Assembly: GCA_951406725.2 (NCBI GenBank)
Contig: OX597818.1
Coordinates: forward strand, 35,960,001 to 36,024,000
Reading direction: 5' to 3'
Source: Octopus vulgaris
Taxonomy: Eukaryota
DNA length: 64,000 bases
Shown here: piece by piece, positions 43,531-57,190 of the stretch
Layout: each line of letters begins with the position of its first letter
Position numbering within the stretch: position 1 is the first letter of the stretch
Notes under the pieces: generated by a model
Told to the model about the DNA's origin: nothing
The model's input: the letters and a program-made list of their open reading frames with translations, nothing else
Database searches by the model: none
Made by a program: the position numbers and the translations under genes

Positions 43531-43683
43531 ATAAATGAAAGAATGGAGTTGAACGACGATTTAACAAAATTCCTTTATTCTCAACATATTTCCTTCGAAA
43601 TTAGGAATATGCAGTCTTCGAAACATATGTCGAGAATAAAGGAATTTTGTTAAATCGTCATTCAACTCCATTCTTTCATTTAT
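43531..43683. repeat. Foldback with 59 bp arms (2 mismatches) containing a hammerhead 3' half
   Basis: ATAAATGAAAGAATGGAG...CATAT pairs with ATATG...CTCCATTCTTTCATTTAT; GAAA-CATATG-TC at about 43620. Confidence 0.8.
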
Positions 43684-43836
43684 TTGTATTAAAAAAACAC
43701 ACAAATTTCCACACGAAAGCACGTGATCTCTGCCCTTGGCATGTAGCTTCAACCGTGTTTTTCTGACGTGAATTTGCTACCCGGGTATCGGTTAACCGAA
43801 TTATCCATACTAGGATAATTCATTCAACTACTTAAA

Positions 43837-43888
<52 letters not shown>

Positions 43889-44216
43889 AAATAGATGCTA
43901 AAGCCCCGATTTACCACCAATAGGGGCTTTAGCGTCTACTTTTTGCAGTGGGTGGTTAGGCGTTAAAACCGATCCCTTGTTATAATTATGTATATAATTA
44001 TAAAACATTTTGGAAAATTTACCTGTAATGTTTTTATTTCCGCATTGACCACCAGGTAACATTAGTATTGATTTTACCCTTTTATTATAATATACTAGCA
44101 AACTTACCCATCTACGATGGGTGATAAGAGCAGGCTGCAAATCGAGACAATTTAAGTTGCAAAGTACTTAATTTTATTTATTATATTTGATAGCGCCAAA
44201 CTATATAATGTACCTT

Positions 44217-44395
44217 ATCGTTAGTCACTACACACATTTTTTTCTCTCCTTGTTTTTTCTGTGTCCCTTTCTGTAGAAGAGCGTAGGCTCGAAACGTAAA
44301 ATACTTTTTCTATTCCTGAGCGTTATACTAATACATCTGTTTGTTTTGTACAGCACCTGTCTTCGTCTTTTGTTTTTTTCGTAAAATCTCCCAAT
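44217..44395 (+). mobile_element. Family D2 hammerhead repeat nested in the Helitron 3' region
   Basis: CTGTAGAAGAGCGTAGGCTCGAAACGTAAAA at 44271. Confidence 0.7.
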
Positions 44396-44436
44396 ATATA
44401 TGTAAATATTTATATAACGTATTGTTGGACCTATCT

Positions 44437-45366
44437 TTACAAAACCTCTTTGTTAACAATAGTCTCCGTTTGTCCACAACTAAGTTTCAAATTAGCTGAA
44501 TCCGCCGCCTTACTCATCGCGACATACGGCTGGCTGTGCGTGAACATGAGAGAGGGCAGAAACACACCGAAGTGATCCCAAGTCTGGCCCTTACCTTGTA
44601 TTTTGAATGTTGGATTAAATCCACTTGATGAAGTATCAATTTTGCATCCAATTGAAGCAAATGCAAGTGCATTGTTCTATGATCGGATTTTTGTTATGAA
44701 TCTGCTATCGCCCCAGAATATCATCTGATAAATTCGGAATAGGCTCAACTTTAACTTTCCCATTTTCACAGCATAGGGAAATTGGTTCAGCAGGCCAGTG
44801 TTTCGTTTTGCAATGCGGGCATACATAATCTCCAAAACCGCCTCAGCTGTGAGACCGGTGTGATACTGGAATCTTATTTTCCTCAAAATCATCTTGCGCT
44901 GCAATTAAGTAATAATCTGTGATCATTTCATCGATTTCACTATCCGCGAGGGAAATATTTTGTAACTCATCATCTTCGACTTGCAATTGCCATGCGTAAC
45001 TCGCAGTCGTGCTCGAGTTTCATAAGGTTTATTCGGTAGGTCGAACTGTAGAACACTTGACCGACGTGCTGCGGTATTGTTATCTTGTTCTGCATCTCTG
45101 ACAGCCGGAGTTAGCCTACTTGATCGACGTTCTGTAGTATTTTCCTCTTGTTCTACATCTCTGACAGCCAGATTTAGCCTACGTGATCGACGTGCTGAGG
45201 TATTTCTTTGTTGCTTAGAGTCTCTCACTTCTATATTTTGGCGCTTTGCATTCCGTGCCTCTGTATCTCTTTCTTGTTCGGCTTGTCTGTACGCTTCGTC
45301 CGACCGAGTCCTACTACTAGTAGAAGCAGCATTTCTTGTTTTTTTCTCCCAATTGACGACTTCCAT
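44437..45366 (-). pseudogene. Helitron RepHel remnant: N-terminal repeats and zinc finger fused to the PIF1-helicase C-terminus
   Basis: Roughly 21-aa charged repeats (ORF 44923-45387); CPHCKTKHWPAEPISLCCENGKV; NNALAFASIG...FKIQGK joined in frame to GQTWDHFGVFLPSLMFTHSQPYVAMSK...IVNKEVL*. Confidence 0.85.
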
Positions 45367-45553
45367 TTTGGTGTCATGATCTGACACGAATAAAATAATA
45401 AATGAGCTACATAAAAAAAAATCTTTTGTTACATTTTAATTAATATGTAATATAATGCACGCAAATCATGTTATTCACTGCTTCATGATACATAGTAGGA
45501 AAGTTACCAGAGCAAAAGTCCTAAGTGTTGACGGTAGACACCCTCCTGCGCAA

Positions 45554-45784
45554 AGGCGGCGAGCTGGCAGAAACGTTAGCACGCCGGGCGAAATGCGTAG
45601 CCGTATTTCGTCTGGCGCTACGTTCTGAGTTCAAATTCCGCCGAGGTCGACTTTACCTTTCATCCTTTCGGGGTCGATAAATTAAGTACCAGTTACGCAC
45701 TGGGTCGATGTAATCGACTTAATCCGTTTGTCTGTCCTTGTTTGTCCCTTCTATGTTTCACCTCTTGTGGGTAGTAAAGAAATA
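45554..45784 (+). mobile_element. SINE family A in the Helitron, 21 bp TSD
   Basis: GGTAGACAC(C/T)CTCCTGCGCAA at 45533-45553 and 45785-45805. Confidence 0.92.
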
Positions 45785-46330
45785 GGTAGACACTCTCCTG
45801 CGCAAGTGATCAGCTTATTATTTTGTAAACAATGTTTCGAAACTGTTCATGTGTTCGAAAGGAGAGATCTGACTCTCACATTCAGTGTAGGAGGCCCAGG
45901 TTGCCAAAGTTACTTCATTTGAGACATGACCTGACACGAATAAAGTCATAAATCGGTAATATAAAATAAAATTTGGGGTTCCATTCTAATAAACGTGTAA
46001 TATAATGCACGCATATCATGTCATTCACTGTTTTATACATCGTAGTATGATGCATAGTAGGAAAACTTACCAGAGAAAAAAATCCATGCTCCTTCGCAAA
46101 TGATCTGCTATTATTTTGTAAACAATGTTTCGAAACTGTTCCTGTGTTCGAAAGGAGAGATCTGACTCTCACACCCAGTGTAGGAAGCCCAGATTGCCAA
46201 AGTTACTTCATTCGACAATATTACTCTGTTCCATTCTAACAAAACTGTCCGACGAACGAAAACGTGAAACTCTGAGTAACAGTTTTTGTGATATTTCGAC
46301 TGCTTTTAAATAAAGTATACACACACACAT

Positions 46331-46411
<81 letters not shown>

Positions 46412-46414
<3 letters not shown>

Positions 46415-46519
46415 GTTTCTTTATTGGCCACACAGGGCTGCACACAGATGGGACAAGTTACAAGGTAGAGCTTTTCTTTTGGGGGATGAAAAAAACAAAA
46501 TAACAAAAGAAATAAAAAA

Positions 46520-46522
<3 letters not shown>
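46412..46522 (-). mobile_element. Second, short 3'-end copy of the (ATCT)n-associated LINE
   Basis: Reverse complement is near-identical to about 43330-43430; (GATA)n on both sides. Confidence 0.8.
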
Positions 46523-46566
<44 letters not shown>

Positions 46567-46571
46567 CATAC

Positions 46572-46650
<79 letters not shown>

Positions 46651-47164
46651 CATACGTACATACATATGTATATGAATACACGCATGCATACATATAAACC
46701 AACGTATATAGTCACTCAGCTTCTGTTTCTATAAATATGTTAAGCTAGTCACAGATGAGATCGGAGTAGTTTCCCATGCCATTCTCAGCGAAGGCAATAT
46801 TAAGCGTAAACGTCTTTTAGAAGCGGCCGAGGAAACGGATCTTCATGGGATGTTCATTCTTTATCCATATACATTTAGTGAGTCCAAGCGGTAATCTTTT
46901 AATGTGTTAATCAAAACCGATGCATGTGTCATGTGTGCGTGTGCGTATATGTGTTTGTGTGTAGGTATGTACGCGTGTGTGCGTGCATGTGTTTGTTTAC
47001 AGACGTGCATTGCATCTGTCTTTCTATTCCATTTCTCAATCTTTTCAAAAACTTCTCCCTCATTCACTCTCTCTCTCTCTCTCTCTCTCTGATCTTCTTT
47101 CTCTCTCTCTTATCCTCTCTCTCTCTCTCTCTCTCTTCCGCTTTCTCTGTGTAATATAAATATT

Positions 47165-47953
47165 CTTTTATTCTTTTATCTGTTTCAGTTATTTGACTGC
47201 GGCCGGCCATGCTGGAGCACAGCCTTCAGTCGAGCAAATCGACCTCCAGGACTTATGCTTTGTAAGCCTACTACTTATTCTATCGGGATCTATTGCAGAA
47301 ACGCTAAGTGACGGGGACGTAAACACACCAGCATCGGTTGTCAAGCGATGCTGGGGAGATGAACACAGACACACAAACATATACATACATATATACGATC
47401 GGCTTCTTTCAGTTTCCGCCTAAATCCACTCACAAGGCTTTAGTCGGCTCGAGGCTATAGTAGAAGGCACTTGCCCAAGGTGCCACGCAGTGAGATTGAA
47501 CCCGGAACCATGTGGTTTGTAAGCAACTCCTGCCACTGCTGCGCCTACATATATATATTATTAATAATGTTTATATTTTTAATTCCCTTCGAAAATTCAT
47601 CCCTAATAGTGGTTTGGAATTTAACTATCCTTTCTAGCGTGCAAGGAATCCTACGATGGATACCTCTTAAGTGCGTGCCACCTTTGGCAAGTGTCTTCTT
47701 CTATAGCCTCGGACCGACCGAAGCTTTGTGAGTGAATTTGGCAGAGGTTAAACTGGAAAAAGATCGTCGTGTATATATATACGCGAATGGTTTTGTTAAG
47801 CGGTGTCGAGTTTTACAATTCTGTAAATAATAACGAGGGTATTCTTTTTTTTTTTCCTATAAGCCTAAAGCTTATACCGATCACCATTCAGATGACTAAG
47901 GAAAATAATCTAATAATGGGGCATATAAGCCCTCGACAGAAAAATGTACTTTT

Positions 47954-48023
<70 letters not shown>

Positions 48024-48223
48024 ATAGATATAGATATATGTATGTATGTATGTATGTATATAGCCGCAGGCGTTGCTGTGTGGTAGGATGCTTGCTTTCC
48101 AGCCACATGGGCCTGGGTTCAGTTCTACTGCATGGCATCTCGGGCAAGTGTTTTCTACTATAGCCTCGGGCCGACCAAGTCCTTGTAAGTCGATTTAGTA
48201 GACGGAAACTGAAAGAAGGCTGT

Positions 48224-48270
<47 letters not shown>

Positions 48271-48366
48271 GATAATAATAATAATAATAATAATAATAAT
48301 AGCATCGGGCCGACCAAAGACTTGTAACTAAATTTGGTAGACAGACACTGAAAGAACCCCTTCGTA

Positions 48367-48402
<36 letters not shown>

Positions 48403-48407
48403 AAATG

Positions 48408-48485
<78 letters not shown>

Positions 48486-48548
48486 GCATCGGGCCGACCA
48501 AAGATTTGTAACTAAATTTGGTAGACAGACACTGAAAGAACCCCTTCG

Positions 48549-48550
<2 letters not shown>
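47165..48550. mobile_element. Cluster of family B SINE copies (47165-47546 minus; 47660-47780 plus; 48063-48226 plus; duplicated fragments 48300-48550)
   Basis: Family B modules. Confidence 0.8.
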
Positions 48551-48621
<71 letters not shown>

Positions 48622-48784
48622 TGTACATTTAAACACGTAAGAGGTAGCCAACATAGGACTGCCTGCACGCAAGAGAGGACAGTTAAATTCCGAATCCTTA
48701 CATGCTAAGTCACTGGTAATGGAAATTTCTAATATTCCAGTTTACCCTTTTATTAATTATGTATATATGTGTGTGTGTGTTGGG

Positions 48785-49066
48785 GGGAGGCAGTGGTTAG
48801 GGCAGCGGACTCGCACTTGTAGGATCGCGGTTTCGATTCCCAGACCGGGCGTTGTGAGTGTTTATTGAGCGAAAACACCTAAAGCTCCACAAAGCTCCAG
48901 CAAGGGCTGGTGGCGTTCCCTGCTGTACTCTTTCACCACAACTTTCTCTCACTCTTTCTTCTGTTGACCTGCTCGCTTAGCCAGCGGGGTGGTGTCATTT
49001 GAAGGCTAAAACAATGCGAAGCGCATTGTGACCAGCGATGTGTAGCAACATCTGATAGCCTGGTCG
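48785..49066 (+). mobile_element. tRNA-derived SINE family F (3' part also at 41696-41815)
   Basis: GGCAGTGGTTAGGGCAGCGG...GGTTTCGATTCC head; about 95 bp 3' block CTGCTCGCTTAGCCAGCGGGGTGG...GATAGCCTGGTC present twice. Confidence 0.75.
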
Positions 49067-49121
49067 GAAGAAGAGAAAGAGAAGATATTTATATATATGT
49101 ATGTATGTGTATATATATATG

Positions 49122-49165
<44 letters not shown>

Positions 49166-49655
49166 TGTGTGTGTGTGTGGGGGGAGATTTTCTGGAAAAG
49201 CAGTGCAATGCAAATTTTTAATGTAGTGAATACAGATACAAAAGAGAAAAGAAATTTTTATTTTTCTTCCAATTTTACCTTCTTTCAAATACTTCGATCC
49301 GAAGAAAGTGCAACATATATGTATGGGTGTGCAGATATGCATGCGTATGTGTGCATGTGTGTGAGCGTGTGCGTGTGCGCATGTGTGCGTGTGCGCATGT
49401 GTGCGTCCGTGCATCCATCCGTGCGTGTGTGAGTCGTGTGTGAGCCCGCGCGCACTTGTAGCATTCTGCAACGTGTGTTTTATTTATTTTATTATTCGCT
49501 TGTCTTATAGTTTTTCGACTATCGACCTGCTGTTTGTTCTCTATCCAAACTTTAGCGATATCGGTTCTTGGCGCGTTCACTTTTCTCCTGTCGCAAAGCG
49601 AATCACGTGAGTCGGCTTTCTGTGCTTGCTTTGCTTGTCCACCGCTGTGCAAACT

Positions 49656-49686
<31 letters not shown>

Positions 49687-50373
49687 TAACATACACATAC
49701 ACACACATTCACAAGCATAATTGTACACGCACGCCTACGTAACATACGTATTCAAGTGAGTGGGTACATTTTATATAGCAAAGCATTCGTCTGTTAGCTT
49801 GCATGTGCGCCCCACTGTGATACTGCAATTCTGATAAGTGAACCCAGGTTCGCATCTCTGGATCATGAACATTTTTTGAGAGTGTAAGTACCAAACAGTT
49901 ACAAAGAATGCGAAAACTGGTACATCGTCATTTTTTCTTTTTTGATATTACAGTTAGTCATAACACGTAATTAGTTAATTTTGTTTAACTAACTAATTAT
50001 GCTGTATAACTAACTTAAATTAAAAGGAAATTTGAAAGTATATCAGTCTCCATATTCTTTGTAATTGTTTGGTATATTATATATATATATATATAAGCTC
50101 CAGCATGAGCACGGCCACGTGGCTGAAACAAGTAAAAGAGTAAAAGAAAAGTAGACATATATGCAGGAGCTTATATATATGTATATATTCTTCTTTTCTA
50201 CTACTTGTTTTAGTAATTTGACTGCGGCCATGCTGGAGCACCGCCTTTAGTTGAACAAATCGATTCCAGGAGTTATTCTATTGCATTCTTTTGCCGAACC
50301 GCTAAGTTACGGGGACGTAAACACACCAACATCGTTTGTCAAGCGATGGTGGGACGACAAATACAGACACACA

Positions 50374-50405
<32 letters not shown>

Positions 50406-51360
50406 ACGCGTTGCCCGGTCAAGAACACAACGCGTTGCCCGGTCCAGGAATCGAAACCACAATCCTGCGATCATGAGTCCAACACCCTAACCATTAAACC
50501 ACGCACTTCCACTTACTTTTACGGAACCTCCTTATTTTAACCGTTTAACGCACCAGCTTCCTCGACTGAAACATTAAAAAACCCTAACGTGTGAAATGAG
50601 ATGCAATTAAAACAAATACAATTGTTTAAATCTCATGTTTCTTACTTTTGATGAGGCGCCCCCCTTTCAATCTGCGCCCCATTAATCGGCAGGGGGGAAC
50701 GTGCCACCCATGTGCCCCCGCCCCAGTTACGCTACAGACCAATACACGTTTGTGCCGTTGCTTCTCAAACATTTCCTTTTTTTTATCTATGGGTCCCTTG
50801 GATTACTATTTTATTCCGGTGGACCTCGATACTCATCGAACGTCTAAAATCTGCTTTCAATATTCTTGTTTTGTTTCTCACACGTTCATTTGTGTAGGTT
50901 TGCAAGTGCACCCTCTGCAAGAGTATGGTTCAGAGGTCGGAAACTTGTTAACTTCGTGAAACATTGGAGAAAAAAACCCAACCGTTTCCAACAATAAATA
51001 CATCTAAATCAATTATTTTTTATTGTTTTTGTTTGTTTGTTTTTTGTTTTGTTTTGCTTTTGTTTTTTCTTTCACGGATCCACTGCTGTGGATACCAATT
51101 TTACGGTTGTACTAGCATGGATCCACCAAAATCTGAAAAGGCCTTCGGCTGAGAACCACGACTTCAGTGGTTCCTATGAGTGAGACAGGTGCTTCTTGCT
51201 GCCAAGCAACAACGCATTATTTATTTGTTGAGTTCTCCGGTGGCAACTGATGATTTTGATGACGGTGATGATGATGATGATGATGATGATGATGTAGGGG
51301 CAGAGGACGTCCGGGTGGGGAGGAGAAGCAAGAGACTGAGATGTACGTATAAATTCATAA

Positions 51361-51591
51361 GGCGGCGAGCTGGCAGAAACGTTAGCACGCCGGGCGAAAT
51401 GCGCGGCCGTATTTCGTCTGCCGTTACGTTCTGAGTTCAAATTACGCCGAGGTCGACTTTGCCTTTCATTCTTTCGGGGTCGATGAATTAAGTACCATTT
51501 TCGCACTGGGGTCGATATAATCGACTTAATCCGTTTGTCTGTCCTTGTTTGTCCTCTCTGTGTTTAGCCCTTTGCGGGTAGTAAAGAAATA
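51361..51591 (+). mobile_element. SINE family A, 14 bp TSD
   Basis: GTATAAATTCATAA at 51347-51360 and 51592-51605. Confidence 0.92.
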
Positions 51592-52777
51592 GTATAAATT
51601 CATAAACGTTTTAATCTTAGCTGATTACTAACATCATCGTTAAAATTATCATCATTAGAAACTGCACCATTACCTTCACCATCATCGTCATCGTCGTGGT
51701 TGTCCTCTTCATCATCATCATCATCATCATCATAGTAACAAGCAGGACAACAATAGTTTCAGTAATCGATTAGAGTATAGCAGGAGACAAAATCTATCCA
51801 CCCGTTATAATTCATCATTAATTTCTGACAACGGGGTGTATGGCCTATTTTAATAATGTCATTTCTTTTCATATGTTGACGGATGGTTTTCCCCTCTCCT
51901 TTCTGTCTGTATCCGTCTATCTGTATCTGCGTCAGAGAGAGAGAGAGATAGAGAAAGAGAGAGATATATAAAGAGAGAGAGAAAGAGAGAAAAAGAGAGA
52001 GAAAGAGAGAGAAAAAGAGAAAGAGAGAAAGAAAGAGAGAAAGAGAGAAAGAAAGAGAGAAAGAGAGAAAGAAAGAGAGAAAGAGAGAAATAAAAAAAGA
52101 GAGAGAGAGAAAGAAAGAAAGAAAGAAAGATGAAAGAAAGAGATTGATAGGTAGAGAGAGAGAGAGTGTGTGTGTGTGTGTGTGAGACAAACACACACAC
52201 AAGCCATAAACTTCAGTACCGGAAGTGGAACATTTTGAGTTGGACATTTCTTTCATATTACAGAGCAGCAGCACGTAAAGCGGCAAGCTGGCAGAATTGT
52301 TAGCATGCCGGACAAAATTATTAGTGGCATCTCGTCCGTCTTTACGTTTCGAGTTCAAAATCCACCGAGGTCGAGTTTGCCTTTCATCATTTCAGGGTCG
52401 ATTAAAATAAGTACTGGTTGAGCACTGGGGGTCGATATTATCGATGTAACTCTTGCCTCGAACTTGGAATGGCTAAGACTTGTAAATCTGATCATTGTCT
52501 GCTAAATCAAGGTGTTCTTTGAGCTAAACAACTTTGATAATTACAAAAGACAGATTATTTAATTGCAATTGTTGTTGTTAAAGTGTACTTCAGCCCTAAA
52601 GAAGTAAACATACAATCAAGATTATAAGAGTAGAAATTAATATTATTAATATAATTAATTAGCGTGTTACCAAGTTGAGAACACAGATTTAGTGGTAAGA
52701 CGATTTGACGTCTATTTTTAGTATACAAGGGATCCATATAGTGATCTCACATATTGTTTATGTTTAAATACAAACAA

Positions 52778-53211
52778 GGGATCTTTTCGGTTTGAACGGC
52801 AGTTTTTTCTAGCGGTGTCATATGAAATTGTCACCCATAATTATGACCCTAGTATCGATCTATTGCATTTCAATGTTTTAGGGTTAGGGTTAGTTAGGGT
52901 TAGTGGTGGGGGGAAGGTTATCTTTTTTTCTTCACAAATGTAAATAAACTCAATCTGTTTCATAAACGAGGGACATATTCATACGGCACAGAATGTTTTT
53001 TTTTTACCTCAATAGACGTCAGTGACTGGTTGAAATTGCAGATATTGAAAGAAAAAACAACAACAAATATCTTACAAACTATATGAATTTGCTCAATAAA
53101 GTCAAGAGAAAAAGATGTTTTATAAACACATTCTACCAGTATACGAAGTTTAACATTTTTTAGTTACCTAGAAATTATGTTAAAAACTGCCGTTCAAACC
53201 GAAAAGATCCC
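52778..53211. mobile_element. MITE with perfect roughly 29 bp TIRs and internal TTAGGG repeats
   Basis: AA|GGGATCTTTTCGGTTTGAACGGCAGTTTTT ... AAAAACTGCCGTTCAAACCGAAAAGATCCC|AA. Confidence 0.85.
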
Positions 53212-53860
53212 AATCAAGATGTATTCCATTTGTAACTATAATTTTTTTCTTTCCTTTTTGAACCTCAATGCATCTAAGATCCCGTCATCTAACTTTACGA
53301 GAGGTAGCTGACTTAAGAGTAGCGCAAAAGGCCAGGTTGGAGGCCCAACCTTCCGACCTCTTTTATAGGGTTTAGAAAAATAGAAGGACCGATGCAATAA
53401 TTGAGTGAAACTGAGAAGAGTATAAGTTGAATAAAATCATAATTAACTAAGCCGCTTGTATTTTCTTTTACCAGGAACTTTTCAGCACACTTTTGTATGT
53501 GTGTGTGTGTGTGGTTTGTATGAACACAAAAATTACGCAATAATTAATGAATTAATGTAATTACTGCCGGCCGCCTCGTCAGGTCACCTGAAATTGTCGG
53601 AGTGTATACTGGGAATTCCAACAAATTTCTGGAAGGCTGCAGGAGTGTTTTGCTCCAGAAAACAACACGCCAAACAATCAGAGAATCAAACCCACGATCT
53701 AGCGATCGTAAGTACAGCAGCCTAACCACTAGGCCACGTGCCTTCACAGAATATCACCGATATAAACTAAACAGCAAATTTCTACCCTATCCTCACTTTC
53801 TTTCACCTACACACACATACACACACACACTCGCAAACTCACGCAGCACGCATAAACACA

Positions 53861-53911
<51 letters not shown>

Positions 53912-54240
53912 GCACACACACACACACACACGCACACACTCACGCAATCACACTCGATCACGTACACACGCGCTCGCGCACACACATACACACACACTCA
54001 CGCAATCACACTCGATCACGTACACACGCGCTCGCGCACACATATACACACACACACTCACGCGCATACACATACACACACACAGTCACACGCGGGCGCG
54101 CAAACATATTCGAACATGTACACACGCAGTCGCACGCACATACACACTCACATACACACACACAATCATACAAACATCTTCATAACATTCTTCCGTAGTT
54201 AAATTTATTAAAAGCATAACATTCGAATATATATGGAATA

Positions 54241-54855
54241 GGCACAGAAGTGGCTGTGTGATAAGTAGCTTGCTTACCAATCACATGGCTCCGGGTTCAG
54301 TCCCACTGCGTGGCACCTTGGGCAATTGACTTCTACTATAGCCTCGGACCGACCAAAGCCTTGTGAGTAGATTTGATAGACGGAAACTGAAAGAATCTCG
54401 TCGTATATATCTATGTATATGTATAAGGCGGCGAGCTGGCAGACACGTTAGCGCGCCGGGCGAAATGCTTAGCGGTATTTTGTCTGTCGTTATGTTCTGA
54501 GTTCAAATTCCGCCGAGATCGATTTTGCCTTTCATCCTTTCTGGTCGATAAATAAAATACCAGTTTCGCACTGGGGTCGATGTAATCGACTTAATCTCTT
54601 TGTCTGTCCTTGTTTGTCCTCTCTATCTTTAAAGGCAATAAAGAAATCTATATATATATGTGTGTGCGTGTATGTATATTTGTGTGTCTGTGTTTGTTCC
54701 CCAACATCGCTTGACAACCGATGGTGGTGTGTTTTCGTTCCCGTAATTTAGCGGTTCGGCAAGAGAGACCGTTAGAATAAGTCCTGGAGTCGATTTGCTC
54801 GATTAAAAGCGATGCCGTAGCATGGCCGCACTCAAATGACTGAAACAAGTAATAA
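54241..54855 (+). mobile_element. SINE family B with a family A copy (54425-54647) inserted in its central TA tract
   Basis: Order is B left half, full A unit, B right half. Confidence 0.88.
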
Positions 54856-55240
54856 AAAACACGTACATATGAAGATTATGAGGGTGACCAGCGTTTGGGG
54901 GAGACATGAGGCGTGGATTATGGGGGTTAATGCGAATGTGTATACATATGTGTATGTGTTGTGTCCCTTTGGGTATCTGTCTTTCTTTGTTTGGTGTCAC
55001 ATCAGTGCTTATTATTGAAATTGGTTTAAAGGTTTACACCACATGATGTCCTCCTAATTCGTTCTTTGTCACACATGTATATATATATATATATATTCGC
55101 GCACGCGTATGTGTGGCGGTACGCGGGTATGTGTGTCTATTCACACACACACACGCACACATACACACACATATATATATGTGTATGTATATGCATACAT
55201 GTGTATATATATATATTCATATTTATATATACATATATAC

Positions 55241-55286
<46 letters not shown>

Positions 55287-56187
55287 GTACATAAATACAT
55301 GCCTAGATGCAAAAGCAATGTGAGCTTTTCATACTTACACACACACAACACACACACTCACTCACACACACTCACGAATATAAACTCACAGCCAGGCGCA
55401 CACAAACAGAGACAGACAAAGAGAAAAGAAGACCTATATTTATGACACCCTGTATGGCGTAATCATTTCAGTACTCATAAGCTAACATATGGATTTATAG
55501 TCCTACGACATATGTCAGATGTCTATTTGCCCGATTTTCTGTATAAGAGCTTAAGGGTTGTGACATAGCATCAGCCCTTAGTGTTTGTAGGATTTCAACC
55601 CTGTCAATATCTCCGTAGAGAAATATGATACAAACCAAAATAAAATAGCAAAAGAAAAGAATAATACAAGCTATCCATTGAAGGAGACCTTACGGTCAAT
55701 TCCTCTGTTAGAAATATAAGCCAAATCTCCCTCAAGTCAGACAATAATATCTTTAAAAGGGAACGGGTCGGGACACTTATCGTCATAAATCTTCTCAACC
55801 AGAATAGGGCTGCAACAATAATGGCCAGGTAATATCTAGACTAGTGTTTGTATTGATCTGTTTCATTTCGTGCCTAATCGAGTTTTATTTCTGTATCTAT
55901 ACAAGGTACACAACAGAAAACAATCATGTTTTTTTTCTACATATGGAATAATAAATGAAGTAGAATTTAGATTGTATGACACCCAAGGGTGTTAAAAGCG
56001 TAAATGTACTTAACTGACTTTAAAAAAAAAATTGCAATCTATAGGCGGCCTCAACCCATCCATAGATTGCTTCTTGCTGAGTTCACCTACTGTGCTTACC
56101 ATGCTATCTAATAAGGCGATAAATTTGCAGAGTATAGAATCAATTCAGCGCCATTTTGAAATGCATATGTCTGTGAGAGATTATGCA

Positions 56188-56225
<38 letters not shown>

Positions 56226-56429
56226 GAGGGGAGCTGTTTGTTTGTGTGTGTGTGAACGCGGGCAAATTTTATTAAGTGCTGAAACTTTTGGATCAGTACA
56301 TACATGCATGTGTGCGTGCGCACGTGCGTATTTGCAAACGTTTGTGTTTAGAAACTAAGAAAATGTGCTTAAAGCATACATCAGAGTTTGTATATTTTAT
56401 TAGAGACATAATATTCGTAAATACATCGA

Positions 56430-56866
56430 AACAGGCTTATTTGTGTGGTTGAGGAGGTCGCTCCGCAACCACGTGATTTCGGGTTCAGCCCTACCGCGCA
56501 ACACTATGGCTATGTTATATATTTATATATTTCATTACTACCCACAAGGGACTAAATACAGAGGGGACAAACAAGGACAGACAAAAGGATTAAGTCGATT
56601 ACATCGACCCTAGTGCGAAATTGGTACTTTATTTATCGACCGCGAAAGGATGAAAGGCAAAGTCGACCTCGGCGGAATTTGAACTCAGAAGGTAACGACA
56701 GACGAAATACCGCTAAGCATTTCACCCGGCGCGCTAACGTTTCTGCCAGCTCGCCGCACTCTAATATGCATCGTCTAATACAGCCTCAGGTCGACCAATG
56801 CCTTGTGAGGGAATTTGATAGACGGAAACTGTGCGGAAACCTGTCGTATGTTATATATGGATGTAT

Positions 56867-56931
<65 letters not shown>

Positions 56932-56942
56932 TGTGTGTCTGT

Positions 56943-56981
<39 letters not shown>

Positions 56982-57190
56982 CCTTCGTGCTCGTGCCTGT
57001 CCTCCACCACCGATTGACAACCGGAATCGTTTTGTTTATACTCCTATATGTTTGAATTTCGTCGAAAGTTAACAATAAAATAAATAACAAACTTTAAAAA
57101 ATAAGTGCTGGGGTCGATTTCTTTGTGAGTAAAACCTTCAAGGTGGTGCCGCAGCATGTTTGGAGTTCAATGATTGAAACAAGTAAAAAA
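56430..57190 (+). mobile_element. Diverged SINE family B with an antisense family A insertion (56530-56757)
   Basis: B modules resume after the A unit. Confidence 0.75.

Larger units (their letters stand above)
44095..46320 (-). mobile_element. Internally deleted Helitron
   Basis: 3' end on the minus strand: hairpin ACCCATC-GTA-GATGGGT (44106-44122), 7 nt, then CTAG|T (44095-44098). Coding remnants listed separately. The 5' end is approximate. Confidence 0.85.

Noticed and set aside
43330-46522. Inverted roughly 100 bp repeats taken as TIRs of a composite element enclosing the Helitron
   Set aside because: One copy extends into ORF-like sequence, both have retroposon-type 3' ends in ATCT arrays, and there is no outer TSD.
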